64,000 nucleotides of DNA from Octopus vulgaris (GCA_951406725.2 OX597825.1:18290001-18354000), one strand, 5' to 3'; counted from the stretch's first letter, positions 14,267 to 28,932 are shown. Numbers and translations: made by a program. Notes: generated from the letters alone by a model not told the origin.

Positions 14267-15282
14267 TATATTATTTCTAATAATATACGTTGGTTCTAAG
14301 TCATGCAACTTGACAGAAAAAACTATTTTACAAACTCTATTAATTTATATGTTTTGCTAAATGCATTGTGCATATTTTAACATCTATCTACATGCATTTT
14401 AATCAATTTTCCAAGGTTGTTTTTTTTCATTTTTATTCTTGTTAAAATGTTCGCTGAGATGTATGTATGGTCAGACAAATCGACTGAAGTTGGAGACTAT
14501 TTTTTACTATTAATTTATCATAAAAGAAAATAAGACCAAAAGTTGAAAATGCCATAACACGAAACGACGTAATTCAAGGTATGCCTAAAATACGAAAACG
14601 AAAATATCAGTCAAAACGTTTGTTCTTCGCAAGTTAAATATAAGGTTCTCATAAGAAAGAACTTGAAGAAAATATCTCCCAATTCACAAATACTTTGAAG
14701 CTATGAAGAATACCGCCAATGTATTTTTGCCTTACTGCAGTATCTCCTTTTTTTCTTTTAGTCTTAGATTTTGATTTTTGAGAGAACAATTTCGTTTTTT
14801 AAGAATCAATGCTTAGTAGTGATCGTTGAAAATTGTAGAAAATTAAGTGATAAATTAACATCATTCAGTACTAATTACAACAAGAGCTGTAATTAGGTCG
14901 TATCATTAAATCCGACTGTGCTTCATTAATTGTTGTTTTCAGTGTATTTAATGATGTATTTTCTTGTTATAGCAGTCCTTCATGTTTGGCTGTTTTTGCC
15001 ATTTATTTTACTATTGCGTTGCTTTACGAGACACTTTGATTTCTGAGGCCATTATGGTGACAGTTTTGTTTTGTATGTTTTGTGAGAAAAAAAGGTTTTA
15101 TTCTTTATTTAAAAATAATGTTTTACTTAAAGAAATTCCGCTATATTTGTAAAATGAATGCCAGTTGCTCTACCAGAAGTTTTCAGTTTTTCTAAATGTT
15201 ATACATTTTATAAAGACATATACACAAATACATACAATCATTCATGCATGCGTGCACACACATGCATACATACGTACGTACG

Positions 15283-15316
<34 letters not shown>

Positions 15317-15354
15317 CATATATACATACATACATATGTATAAAAAATATATAT

Positions 15355-15496
15355 AAGAATACAAAATGGGACAAGAACGCAAAATACTCAAATAGACGAC
15401 ACAAAAAACGGACGGGTCACTGGAAGCCTCTAATCTTCAGTCAAGAACCGGATCATCCTCGCAATTTCGGCTGATTAATCTTGATACTGATCGCTC

Positions 15497-15497
<1 letters not shown>
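15355..15497 (-). mobile_element. Family E short repeat, truncated copy in a microsatellite
   Basis: Reverse complement of ~49005-49140. Confidence 0.7.
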
Positions 15498-15527
<30 letters not shown>

Positions 15528-15646
15528 AAGTAGCTGCTTTCTCGTATACGAATAAAACCATTGCTAGAAAGAATCATTGAAATGAGTCATTGATAATGCA
15601 ATGTGAGACTCTTGTATGACTCTGTAGCTCAGCCATACATACTTAT

Positions 15647-15772
15647 TGTTGTGTGGACGCCCCCAGACGATGAAGTAGGCTAGCCCAGTAAGTAGGTATA
15701 GAGGGAGAAGTCTGGACGTCAGAGTTGAGTAGAGGTCATCCGAACGTGCGATATAACAGTGGCGACGAGGAT
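15647..15772 (+). mobile_element. LTR-retrotransposon remnant: short LTR (TGT..ACA) followed by a tRNA-Ser(GCU) primer-binding site
   Basis: ..gcgatataACA g TGGCGACGAGGAT at 15760-15772, complementary to the tRNA-Ser(GCU) 3' end ..AUCCUCGUCGCCA. Confidence 0.6.
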
Positions 15773-15850
15773 TTTGTAGCTCACGCAGCCACTGTGTAGT
15801 ATTGCGATATAACACATACATACATACATACATACATGCATACATACATA

Positions 15851-16003
15851 TTTTCTCTTTGTTTTTTCTGTGTCCCTTTCTGTAGAAGAGCGTAGACTCG
15901 AAACGTAAAATACTTTTTCTATTCCTGAGCGTTATACTAATACATCTGTTTGTTTTGTACATCACCTGTCTTCGTCTTTTCTTTATTTCGTAAATTCTCC
16001 CTA
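15851..16003 (+). mobile_element. Family D repeat, copy 2 (hammerhead-like motif at 15876-15911)
   Basis: Reverse complement of 4090-4245; CTTT-CTGTAGA-A-GAGC(GTAG)ACTC-GAAAC-GTA-AAA. Confidence 0.75.
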
Positions 16004-16584
16004 TACATACATACATACATACATACATACATACATACATACATACATACACATGATTACCAGCAGCTTGTTTCTGATACTGCTGTTCATTTACTACATA
16101 CAAATTTTTAAAATAAATATTTTGAATTGGCCCGAAGTGAAATTAGTTGGAGCTTAGTGTGATTCTGTCGCATAATCCGCTTCTCACATATGTGCGGTTA
16201 TTCACAAACTCCGAAACAAGTAGGTCACACACACACACACGCGTTTGTGTCTCTGTGTGTGCGTGTGTATTTCAAATATGCTGGAAAGGACTGCATAATG
16301 GTGTAATAAATGCTAAATATTAAAGCAGAAATGTTATCGTCAGATTCAGGTATTACAAAATGCCATATAGCAGACAAACTATAATCAGTTATGCTAAACT
16401 GCATATCAGCTGTGTACTAGTACACACTTTCCCCTTCTTCATCCGTCACTTATCTGGGATTTTCCATTGGACCAAGGTTATAAATGGATATCTACTTGTA
16501 TCTAAAACGATTAACAAAGATACAGCACATGCTAACAAGTCACATTCGATTACCAATGACGAATATAGTAGTTATATATATACA

Positions 16585-16620
<36 letters not shown>

Positions 16621-18994
16621 TACATATATGTCAGTGTGCTTACGTATGCAGAGAGAGAGATGCAGTATCTGAGACGGGAAAGTAATGTTTTGATTTTCTC
16701 CATATGTCATGTGAGTAAGTTGGTGCATATTCGGAAGCAACAAATATGGAAGTAAACCATGTCTCCGTCTATAAATGCGTATGTGTGTGTACATTTGTGT
16801 GGTCGAATGTATACGTACATGTCTTTATATGCTTGCGTCAGTGATTATAAACGTGCAATAGCTTAATATATATCGGAGCAAAAGCACTAACGTACTCACG
16901 CCCACATACATACATACACAGAAAGCCGAACACACACACAAACACACACACACACACACATACACAAACATATATATTGGCACACAACAAATGAACACCG
17001 ACATAAACACACTGACGCAGAAGTATATAGAAAATGAATTAATATTTAGACCATTCCGATATATTGTAATATGAAGTAATTTCCGCTCCACTCAGTTCTT
17101 CGATAGAATTGATTGATTTGATAATTCCCTTGCAGGACAGGATAATTCGATAAATTTAATCCAGTTTTCATTAACTGCTCCACTTATCTTAGATTGCTAT
17201 TCAGTTTTACCCTAATTGAATCCATCCGCCCATATTCTACCTTCGACTGTAAACCGCCCAACCACCCGCAGGATAGAAATTGAAACAGTAATATGTGATG
17301 GTTAGGAAATTAAGAGGAATTTATTACAAACCATATTGCAAATCAGTAGAAACGGGGAAAAGAAAAATTGTGAAGTTGTATGAAGAACGTCAACGAACAG
17401 ACCTTCGTAAAGGTTTGCTTTCAAAGTACGATACATAGCAGACATCTTCGGCTGAATTGAACAACTGGCAACTATTCTTGGTTTAATTTGATTGGTTACA
17501 AGCAAATCAAACTTAATCCTTTCAGAAATAGCATGTGTCTCCCAACGGAATTTTACACAATTCCATGTTCTATAACTACAAAAGAATAGAATATAAATCT
17601 CCAACTGTTTGAATGATCGTGTACCGATGTAGATACGATACGATCTCATATCGTGAAGAAAAGCAAAATATATATAATTATATCGCGATTCACAGCATCT
17701 TGGTAATGTTCACAGATGAAAGAGTAAGTAACCTAGTCATTTACAGCGAAATAAAAGGAGAGACACGCAGCTTGTATGAAATCAAACTCTGTTCGCCGTT
17801 TTATTTAATGCAACTTATCTTCATTGTTTCCGTTGAAATAACATTTCCATGTGAATATCGCATTAATATTCTCGTGTCTAATCAAATATATAGAAGTCTA
17901 GTGGATACCAATCGAACAATGAAATTCATACTTCTCCCATCGTCACGACCACTGTCCTTTTTACAGCTAAACAAACTTGCCTCTTAACCGTGGTTCAATT
18001 GCATCATGCCAGTGAAAGCCACCGACTATGCTCTGTTTGTTCGACGCACTAAGATTTCGAATAACTGATATTGGTTAGCGTGTTTCTCGGTATCTCAACC
18101 AAATCTAGTCATATTGAGTTCAGATACTGTTGAGTTCAAATCAGCCAGTCATACTTTTAGGGTCGGTAATAACAGCATTAAATCTGGGCCTTGGATGGGA
18201 GAAGTTTGCGAAAATCAGTGCAGGTGCCTTGCAATATTTTTACCAGTTTCTTTGTTCTGAGTTCAAACGCCACCAGATATCTTGATTAATAAACTTAATT
18301 CGTTGCTTGGATTAAAAGTAACACTTGAGATCTTGGGAATATTCACTGTGCTGCAAAACATTGGAGCCAGTTTCCAGTTTCAGGGTACCTTTCTCTCTCC
18401 CTTACCTTTAGTGCTGGAGGTTCTGTAACGCAACATGGGATCTACTTTCCCTCACAAGTAAAGGATAAAAAATTGCATTTCTCTTTTAATATTAATTATT
18501 TTTACGATATATTTTAATTATTATAGAATAAGTACAAGTCTAAAAATTAAGTATTGGAGACGTAGCAAGGAGGTGCACCAGCATGGACGCAATCCAATGA
18601 CAGAACAAATAAAAGGCAAACGATAAAGCACTAAAGATATACAGAGAAGGAGGGGCAGCGCAAAGGGCTCTCATCAAGGGCTCTCATCAGGGCCTCTTCG
18701 CCCCAACATCTGACAGAGTTTTTTGGACAGAGTAGATTTCACAAACAGGCGAGCATGAGCAAGGTGTGATGCTTAACTGCGGGGAAAAGTAACCCAAACT
18801 TTAAATAACTGGGATTGCGGCATTGACAAACTGCTTCACAGTCGCATCTACAAGGGAGTAACAGAAGATATTTATTCACTGTTCTATGCATGCCACTTCG
18901 TATCACAAAGAAGTCAAGTGAAATTGTAAACCTAACAGATAGTTATTTGTCCAAATAGTCATACCTACATAGGTAAATATATATACATACACAA

Positions 18995-19032
<38 letters not shown>

Positions 19033-19053
19033 GTATGTGTGTATGTGTGTGTG

Positions 19054-19279
19054 TACGAGGGGAGACTGAAAATATTCTAGCTTTAAGAGTATCACAAAAA
19101 GCCTGGTTGGAGTTCCAGCCTTACTAGTTCTTTCACAGGGCTTCGAAAAACTGAAGGACCGCTGCAATAAGTCTGTGAATTTGAGAGAGGAGAGGAATAT
19201 ATTGAATAAAATTATAATCAACTGATCCTCCTGCATTTTCTATGACCCAAAGCGAAGACCTTTTCAGCACCCCTTCGTA
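19054..19279 (+). mobile_element. Tc1/mariner-derived MITE
   Basis: TA-CGAGGGGAGACTGAAAA..TTTTCAGCACCCCTTCG-TA imperfect TIRs with TA TSD; internal residue translates as QGFEKLKDRCNKSVNLR..EYIE*, like a mariner transposase C-terminus. Confidence 0.8.
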
Positions 19280-19401
19280 TGAACATATATATATATATAT
19301 ATATATACATACATACGTACATACATACACATACATGTATATATGTACATGTACATATAAACATATATGTATGTATACATGTATATCTCTCTGTCTATCT
19401 A

Positions 19402-19439
<38 letters not shown>

Positions 19440-20034
19440 GTGAAGTGTTTGTTGAACATTGATGAGTCGTAACATTGAGCTCACGTGATCTCTAGAAAAC
19501 TCACACCCTTTAGTTTGTAATGCATTATGCAACACATACACATACAACAGAGAGACATTAAAATTTTCCTCGAAATTTGTCGGACGCTCGAAGGCGATAG
19601 TAATAGACCATATTAAGCTCCGACACTCACATAGAAGGAGAGAGGGGAGAGGTTAAGAGAGAAGAGGAGATCGAATGATAAGAAGAGAAAGAAAGAGTGG
19701 AAGAGAAGTAGTGGGGGAGAGGGAGCAAGAGATGTGAATCTGCTTTGCCGTGCATGTCAGAGTGTAAATGTTCTTATGCCATATTACTCGTCTTCAATTT
19801 TGCCAAAGTTTCGTCTGTGCAGGAACAATATTTAACGATTCATCTTTTAAGAACACACACGTATGCACACATTCACATTTACATCCGCACACAAACACTA
19901 TCACAATTGTAAAGCCAAACACACACACATACCTGCATACTTACGAACATACATATGCTCCCCCTTACTCTCTCTCTCTCTCTCTCTCACTCACACACAC
20001 ACATACACACACGCACACGGGTTTATAGGAACAT

Positions 20035-20248
20035 TTATATATACATAAATATATAGATATTATAGACATATGAATTTATATATACACGTGTGTATGCATG
20101 TGTGTACGTACCTGTATATGTGCGTGAGTCTATGTACATATGTGTATATATGTATATATATGTATATATATGTACATGTATATATATATAATATATATAT
20201 ATATGTATGTATGTATATATATATATATAAAATATATATATATATATG

Positions 20249-20346
<98 letters not shown>

Positions 20347-20400
20347 CATACATATATATATATATATGTATGTATGTATGTACGTTTGTGTTTGTGTGTG
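20035..20400. repeat. Long (TA)n/(TATG)n simple-repeat tract
   Basis: Read directly; similar tracts at 9700-10060, 25070-25360, 27700-28070, 45360-45680, 58430-58760 and 63550-63830. Confidence 0.95.
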
Positions 20401-20909
20401 TTCCCCACAAATTCATGGTTTACATATCTTTAAAGATGCTTCTTTAGTTAGGCTGTTGCTTTGTGTTAGTGCATCTGTCAAGATAAAGACAGAATTCCGT
20501 GGTTTGGCTTTTAAGCAATACCAGTGACTTGACAAAATTTTTAAAAGCATCCACATTTTCGCAAGATTTTGCTAGAAATTAAAAGCGTTTCTTGGTTACT
20601 GTCATTTAAGTTGTCTTAGTGACTGAATGAGAGAAGGAAGAGAAGACGATAAAATAGAATACGGAAAGAGATACAACCAGAGAGACGCGTGTTTGTGTGT
20701 GTCCGTGTGTCCATGTGTGTGTGTAGACATATAAATAAAGAGAGAGAGAGAGAGAGAGTAAGAGAGGTTTATAGATAGGTAGGTAAATAAATAGTTGTAG
20801 ATGAAAATGAATATAAAAATATAAATATTTGCACATACACAGTGAAATTAAGTACGACTTATATACATGTATATACATATGTGTGTGTTTCTGCGTGTAC
20901 GTGTGTTTC

Positions 20910-20965
<56 letters not shown>

Positions 20966-21069
20966 AGCAAAGAGAAGGCGGACAGACACAAAAAGAGAGA
21001 CAGACGAGGCAGACAGTCAGACAGATAGATAGATAGATATAGCTACGTAATATTTACATACATACATAC

Positions 21070-21475
21070 AGGAAGAAAGAATGAAAGAAAGAAAAAAGAA
21101 AGAAACAAAGAAACACATACATGAATCAAGAAAGAAAGAAACAAACAAACAAACAGACAAATCAATGGAGAAAGAAAGAAAGAAAGAAAGAAAGAAGGAA
21201 AGAAATGAGGAATGAATGAAAGAAAGAAATAAACAAACAAATGAAGAAAGAAAGAAAGACGGAAGGAAAAAAGAAAGAAAGAAGCAAACAAACAAGCAAA
21301 CAAATGAAGAAAGAAAGAAAGAAAGAATGAAGAGAAGAATGAAAGAAAGAAAGAAAGAAACAAGCAAATAATTAAAGAAAGAAGGAAAGAATGAATGAAT
21401 GAAAAAAATAAATATAAAAAGAAGAGAAGAATGAAAGAAAGAAAGAGGGAAAGAAAGAAGGAAAGAAAGAAAGGG
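21070..21475 (+). repeat. Degenerate (GAAA)n purine-rich tract
   Basis: Read directly. Confidence 0.9.
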
Positions 21476-21767
21476 AGCGACAGAGTGAACAGAGATTCAT
21501 AGGCAGGTTGTCAGACAGAGAATGAAAGATAAAAGGATTCTGAGAAAAGAAGAGAAAAATAATTTAGAATTCGCCAAGTATTTAACCTGCTTTCGTGCAT
21601 AAGTGTATCTCCAGTAGAAGCATATATATATACACAATGCATTGTTTCTATGCGTGTTGGCCGATGGTAGGTGCTGTGCGCTTATATACACGCGTCATCG
21701 TCGTCTATTCGTACAGTCTTGTAATTGTAGTGCGCAGCATTATTGCCCAGTCTATGTTCGTATGAGT

Positions 21768-22111
21768 GTACCTTAAGTATACCTTGTTTGTATATATAAG
21801 TGTACCTTGTACGTAAAAGGTACCTTAAGTATACCTTGTTTGTATATATAAGTGTACCTTGTACGTAAAAGGTACCTTAAGTATACCTTGTTTGTATATA
21901 TAAGTGTACCTTGTACGTAAAAGGTACCTTAAGTATACCTTGTTTGTATATATAAGTGTACCTTGTACGTAAAAGGTACCTTAAGTATACCTTGTTTGTA
22001 TATATAAGTGTACCTTGTTTGTATATATAAGTGTACCTTGTACGTAAAAGGTACCTTAAGTATACCTTGTTTGTATATATATAAGTGTACCTTGTACCCT
22101 GTTTGTATATA
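21768..22111 (+). repeat. 52-bp minisatellite, about 6 near-identical units
   Basis: ggtaccttaagtataccttgtttgtatatataagtgtaccttgtacgtaaaa starts at 21819, 21871, 21923, 21975 and 22050 (one 23-bp internal duplication). Confidence 0.95.
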
Positions 22112-23490
22112 TGGCATTGCGTCTCTTAACTCCAAGTATGGAGTTAACTTAGAAATGATAGTGTAAACTTAAGACTACAATGTCTTCGAAGGGGTTTTAT
22201 GCAGTGTAAGTAGGACCATAGCAATTAATATGCCTTACGATAGGATGGGAATTCAGAGAAATTTAGCAGCTATTTCTTGCAAGTCAAGTGAGTATGTATC
22301 TTACTTGTTATTTATGGTCTTCAGCTTTTGGTTTTTGCTGATACAGTAGAATAATAACTAAGCCGTTTGATAAAGCAGAATAATGACTAAGGGCGTTCCA
22401 GTCGTGGCAGTTCTGTCTGTTATTGGTACACTGCATCCAGGAGTGTATTAGTTGTTATTGTTGGATATGTATTTCTAGAATTTCATTGCATTTTGTAGCT
22501 CTCTGAGGCACTATTTATCTACACACCCCCTATTTTCTCTCTGGCATACACACACGCAATATATATATATTAGTTTGTGTATGTGTGCAAGCGTATGTCT
22601 GTGTGTCTATGTGGGCGTGAGTTTGCGTTAGTGTGAGACAGAGAGAGTAAAAGAAGACGGAGAGAGAGGGGGATAGAGCAGAGAGAGAAAGGAGGAGTGA
22701 GTGGAAAGAGTGTGGAGAGAGAGAGAAGAGAGAAAGAAAGTTCCCTGGACGTTACTGTGCCATATCCGAGGACACACGATGCCAGTGTCCCGATTTCCAT
22801 AGTGTATTAGAGACCAAGATCACAGTAAACCGCCTGTCCTTCGCAAGATGATTCATGCGTAACTGAGTGGAAAGCAGAAACTTGAAATGAAGTGATTTGC
22901 TCAAAAAACAAACAAAAAAAAACACGATGCTGCACCAGGTTGGAATTGAAACCGCAATCTAGCGCTACAAGTCTTCATTTGAGAGGGTTAAAGAAAGAGA
23001 GAAGAATTAAACATAGACACAAAGCAACGAATATGAGCGACAGTTAAGCACTTAAGTCATCGCTGTATTTCGCTGCTGATGTTTTATTTTTGCCCGAAGT
23101 ATAAATTGTAAAGTCAATGTATGCGGTCTTTGAACTCAAAAGGTAAAGGGACAAATACCGCAAGGCAATTTGTGAGAAGCAACAGCTTTTCTTCCAATTC
23201 CATAGTATTTCCTCTAATAAATGAATTACATCGTAAAATAAATTGGTTTTTTTTTTTTCTAATTTCTGGTTCACGACCAAGAATTTTGAGAGGAGAAAGA
23301 AATCGATTGCATTGTGTTTAGTGCTGAAGTGGAACTTAGTTTATCGACCCCGAAAAGAGGAATAGCAGAGTCAACTTTAGCGGTATTAGAACGCAGAACA
23401 TAAACATATAGAAGAAATGCTGCTAAGCTTTTATCTTGCATTCTTACAGTGCAGCCTGCTCGCAGCATAATTGTAGCAATACATTTATAA

Positions 23491-23795
23491 TTATTTGTTC
23501 CTTCTCGAGCCATCCCTAGCTCATAAGGGCCGGTTTCCCGGTTTCCTTGGCGTATAGGTTACCCACCGGACGGGACACCGGTCCGTCGTAGGTGAGCTGC
23601 AAGATGCAGGTGGAAAGAGTGAGAGAAAGTTGTGGCGAAAGAGTCAGCAGAAGTTCGCCATTACCTTCTGCCGGAGCCGCGTGGAGCTTAGGTGTTTCGC
23701 TCATAAACACACACATCACCCGGTCTGAGATTCGAGCCTGCGATCTCTCGACCGCGAGTCCGGCTGCTCTAATCACTAGGCCATGTGCCTCCACA
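23491..23795 (-). mobile_element. SINE family C variant, full length with 10-bp TSD
   Basis: Minus-strand head ggaggcacatggcctagtgattagagcag..ggctcgaatctc; acatttataa at 23481-23490 and 23796-23805. Confidence 0.85.
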
Positions 23796-25141
23796 ACATT
23801 TATAAATAACGTGTATAAAAACGTAAAACATCGCATTTTATTTCAAGGAACCCTCTCAAAAAAAAATATGGGTGTTAAGAGCTAGGGACATCACTTAGAA
23901 CTCCAGTGTCAAACTTGATTCAGTCTCCTCAATGACGGATACTCTGGACATTCTGAGCTGTACTCCAAATGCATTTTTAATATAGAAATCAATAAATAAA
24001 ACATTTTATTATTCGTGAGAAAGCTTGTCAGGCTAAAATCTAATTAATATATACACTTAAAAACAAACAAAGCTTAAACGATAGACATGTATACGTTTAT
24101 AATATGTATACAAACTTAGACAGTCACTACTTCTAATATTTCGTCTTAGAAAAAATATCGAATACACTGGATAATTTTTTTCTACAATAATCACAATGGC
24201 ATAAATTCTGAGGTGAGGGTTCTAGTAATTACATCGACCCCAGTGCTCAACTGGTAGTTGTTTCATTGACCGAAGAGGAATAAAAATTCAAAAGGTAAAA
24301 ATCGGTCGAAATTCCGTTAAATTAATTTGTCTGTCTTGCTAACGATTCTACCAGTTAACCGTCTTAAATACGTTGGATAATACAAACTTAGACAGGGTGG
24401 TCACGACTGGAAAGATTTAGACCTGATGTTTATTCGATCAAATATGTGACTAATGAAAAACACCTATCCATTAATATTCTGAGTGGTTACTTAAGCTGTT
24501 TGAACTAACCATTAAATCTGCCTACGTAGCACGCAGAACTGCATGAGTAAAAAGGCGACATACATTTGATATCGGTAGTCACACTTTCAAACAAAATAAA
24601 ACCGGCTGGAATGTTTTTGATCATGTCTGCTTCTTCAAGTTCCACCTAGGGCTAAAATACTATAATAAACATCAACACTCTAAACCAACAACAATAACAA
24701 CGAAACTATAATAAAATTATTATAAAATATTTTTGATATTTTTTCAAAATATTGTCAACATTTCAACTGTTGTTTTTCAATCTGATTGTTATTTATTTAA
24801 CATTATTCTTCTGCTTAGCGTTACTTGTTATTTTGGCAGCCATTGTTATGATTAATATAATTTCTTGTTCTTTCCTTCGGAGATACTGTATTTTGATATT
24901 TTTTTGCTTGTTTGTTATTATTCACAACTTTCTTTTGTTTTTCTATTTTTCCATTCTTTTGTTTATGTATATCGCAGCACTAGACCTACATGCATAGCAA
25001 CACACTACATATGTAGAAACATACATAAATACGCACGTATATACACACATTTTTATATACAAGTAAGAATATATATATATACTGAGAGAGAGAGAGAGAG
25101 AGGGAGATAAAGATATATATATATATATACACACATATATA

Positions 25142-25196
<55 letters not shown>

Positions 25197-25297
25197 GTAT
25201 ATATATAGAGAGAGATATATACATATCTATATATACATATAGATATATACATATCTATATATACATATATATATATGTATATAGATATATACATATC

Positions 25298-25365
<68 letters not shown>

Positions 25366-25789
25366 GATAGATATATTTAAAGATATGTGTGTGTTTATCT
25401 ATATGTTTGTATGTTGTGTGTTTGTATGATTGTGTGTCTGAAGTAAACTGCGTTTGCGAAATGTGACGATGCGAAAGTAGGGCAGCTTTTTATTCTAAAA
25501 CACTGAGCACAGTGACAAAATTCGCCAGACGTGAATGTCTGATATTAAATAACTACTTCTATCTTCGCCTAGAAATTGGCAAACTTGAAACACTTGCATT
25601 TAGTATGTTTATACAACTTCGAGTTTCAATCTAATCAATGAACAATCTTGTTCTACAATTTTATATATATATATATATTTTTTCTTATTTATATTTACAA
25701 TCAGTTATTCCTTCACAAAATTTCAGAGATTTGGTTTTAGCCATTCTGGAGCAGAGGTATCAAAGATATTAGTCTTTAATATTGGCTTC

Positions 25790-26052
25790 AAATTTTAGCT
25801 TAGGGACAGCAAGTTCGAGAGAAGATGTAATTCGATGAATCGACCCAGTGCTCAACTGGTACTTATTTTATCGACCTTGAAAGGATGAAATGCAAAGTCC
25901 ACCTTGGCGTGCTAACGATTCAACCAGCCTGTCGCCTTATGCAATTCTTTAATTTTAACCGCAGTGACCACTGTACGTGTCTGCCTCGTAGTTATTTTAT
26001 CAAATTCTCTTGGTGGGGGGGGGAACAAGCACAGACACGCAAATATACCCAC

Positions 26053-26090
<38 letters not shown>

Positions 26091-26280
26091 CCATATATAT
26101 CCATATATACGACGAGCTTCTTTCAGTTTCCGTCTATCAAATTTACTCACAAGGCTTTGGTCGTCCCGAGGCTATAGTGGAAGACACTTGCCCAAGGTGC
26201 CACGCAGAGGGACTGAACTCGGAACCATACGGTTGGTAAGCAAGCTACTTACCACACAGCCACTCCCACGCCACTCCTAC
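25790..26280 (-). mobile_element. Internally deleted SINE B (25790-25938) and SINE A 5' half (26010-26280)
   Basis: Collinear blocks with the full copies. Confidence 0.75.
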
Positions 26281-26493
26281 ATTTTGCAAAATTAACATTC
26301 AACAAATTATTCATTTGTCTAGCTTTGATTCACGTGTATAATGAGATGAAAGCAAAATATTGAGGAATTCGGTAGCGGAGTTTACAGAAATGATACTGAT
26401 GGAGTTATTTTTAATTTTTGCGAAGTGAAGGCGACGTGCCAGGAGCATCGTTTGCGCATCGGAGAAATTGCTTAGCGGCATTTCTCCATTTTT

Positions 26494-26803
26494 ATAGGTG
26501 CAGGAGTGGCTGTGTGGTGAGTAGCTTGCTTACCGACCACATGGTTCTGAGTTCAGTCCCACTGCGTGGAATCTTGGGCAAGTGTCTTCTAATATAGCCT
26601 CGGGCCGACCAAAGCCTTGTTAGTGGAAAATGGTAGACGGAAACTAGAAGAAGCCCGTCGTATATATATGTATATGTATATATATGTGTGTGTTTGTGAA
26701 CAAGCACAAGGCTTACAAAGAATAAGTCCTGGGGTTGATTTCCTCGACTAAAGGCGGTACTCCAGCATGGCCACAGTCAAATGACTGAAACAAGTAAAGA
26801 GAG
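26494..26803 (+). mobile_element. SINE family A with internal deletion, nested in a degenerate SINE B (26435-26950)
   Basis: B head (gcttagcggcatttc) before the A copy; B body (aaataagtacc..gatgtaatcgactt) after it. Confidence 0.75.
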
Positions 26804-27716
26804 TATCTGTTTCCGTCTACATTTTCAACATCACTGAATTCGAATTTGACTGTCATACTCCCACTCTCGAAATAAGTACCATCTGAGCCTTGAGGTGGAT
26901 GTAATCGACTTAGCACTGTACCCTCAAAATTGCTGGACTTGGACCAAAAGTTCAATCGAATTACTTTTTTTTCCAAAATGAACGTGGGATTTGAAATAAA
27001 TTTTCTAAACGATTTTTGCCAGTGAAAGCATTTCTCTTAATCCAAATCCAAATATTGTTTTGTATATTTTACAACTTCGTTGTTTCAGCAGCCAGGATTT
27101 TTAGGCTATCGTTTTTATCATTTTTATTCTATGTACTCGGTTGATCGCAAAATAATCAATAAGTTTACCTGGTAACGTCATACGAACATATCAAAGTAAA
27201 ATTATGAAATCACCAAAATATGACTTTATAAACAACGCCTATTAAAAAAAAGAATTAGAAATATATATAAAAGAAACAACAGCCATCTCAATGCCAAAAT
27301 TGCAGAAGTAAAACAGCACTGCAAAGAATGGAACCATACAATAATAATTTTATACATTCACATTGATATTTCTCCGGTATTTACTGTCTTTGTACTGAGA
27401 GTTAACCTATCTATAGATCTCTTTATTGGATCGATGCAATACAATTACAACTGTATCAGCTACAAATTAAGGAAAGACACGTTAAAAATCTACGACGATT
27501 TTCAATCAATATCAAAGTCAATGTAATTACTTGTCTGTTCTGTATTGCTATGTCATTTATAAAATACTTATTGTTATTTCCTGTCAAAGGAAATACTGAG
27601 TTGTTTTCTTTTTTTTCTCTTTTCGTTTCTGTGAGCTGAACGTTGACTACAGGAAAATTACATTGGATCTTCCCAACTTTTATTTTCTGCAAAGCACTAC
27701 TTCACATATATATGTG

Positions 27717-27750
<34 letters not shown>

Positions 27751-27758
<8 letters not shown>

Positions 27759-27802
27759 AGGGCACACATATTTATACATATATTATGTATACACACACAC
27801 AC

Positions 27803-27880
<78 letters not shown>

Positions 27881-27980
27881 GTATGTATATATATATATGT
27901 ATATATATATATACATACATATATATATATGTGTGTGTGTGTGTGTGTATACATAATATATGTATAAATATGTGTGCCCT

Positions 27981-27990
<10 letters not shown>
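27751..27990. repeat. Inverted duplication (~80-bp arms) within (TA)n
   Basis: caagggcacacatatttatacatatattatgta at 27757-27789 has an exact reverse complement at 27950-27982. Confidence 0.9.
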
Positions 27991-28073
<83 letters not shown>

Positions 28074-28211
28074 ATATACATACTTGCATTCATTCACATA
28101 CTCACACACAACCATATGTGTGAGTGTGTGTGTGTGTGTCACAGGTGTGTTTCCTGTATGAAACACGAAGCATTTTTCACATGTAACATCCAAGTTATTT
28201 TATGTTTGTAT

Positions 28212-28242
<31 letters not shown>

Positions 28243-28485
28243 TACACATGCGCACATACACACACGTTTGCATGTTAAATTGGCATATATTAACCTAATT
28301 TAATCTTTTATCTTTTACTTCTGTCAGTCTATAGACTGCAACCATGCTGGTGCACCGCCTAGAATGACTTAGTCGAACGATATTTGTATTTAAGCCTTGT
28401 TCTTATCCTATCACTCTCCTTTTGCCGGGGACGTAAACAAACCAACAATGGCTGTCAAGAGATGTGGGTGGGATTAACACGAACA

Positions 28486-28523
<38 letters not shown>

Positions 28524-28539
28524 ATATATATATATATAC

Positions 28540-28572
<33 letters not shown>

Positions 28573-28932
28573 ATGCGTGTGTGTGAATGTGCGTGTGTGT
28601 GTGTGAATTTTTAGCGTAATGAGCTACAAAAAACCAAGGCTGTATAAATATTAGAACATTTATAGTTAGGTCTTACAGCTGTATCCAGGATATTTATTAA
28701 TTATATTCCTTTATCAGAGACGGTGTGAGAGGATGGTTAAGTCATAGTTAGTTTAGATGTGATACAAAGTAGAGAGTGAGATTGAGGAAAGAAAATAGAT
28801 GCAAGATATGTAGGGATATTGAAGTTGTAGATCCATTTTTTAGGCAGAATGGTATATATGTAAGATTGCAATACCTTATGAGTAAAGTCCATAATAAACA
28901 GACAAACAGACAGATAGATATATAGATAGATT

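Noticed and set aside
21768-22111. CRISPR-like appearance of the tandem arrays (also 61398-61720)
   Set aside because: Units are contiguous with no unique spacers; eukaryotic context and no cas genes
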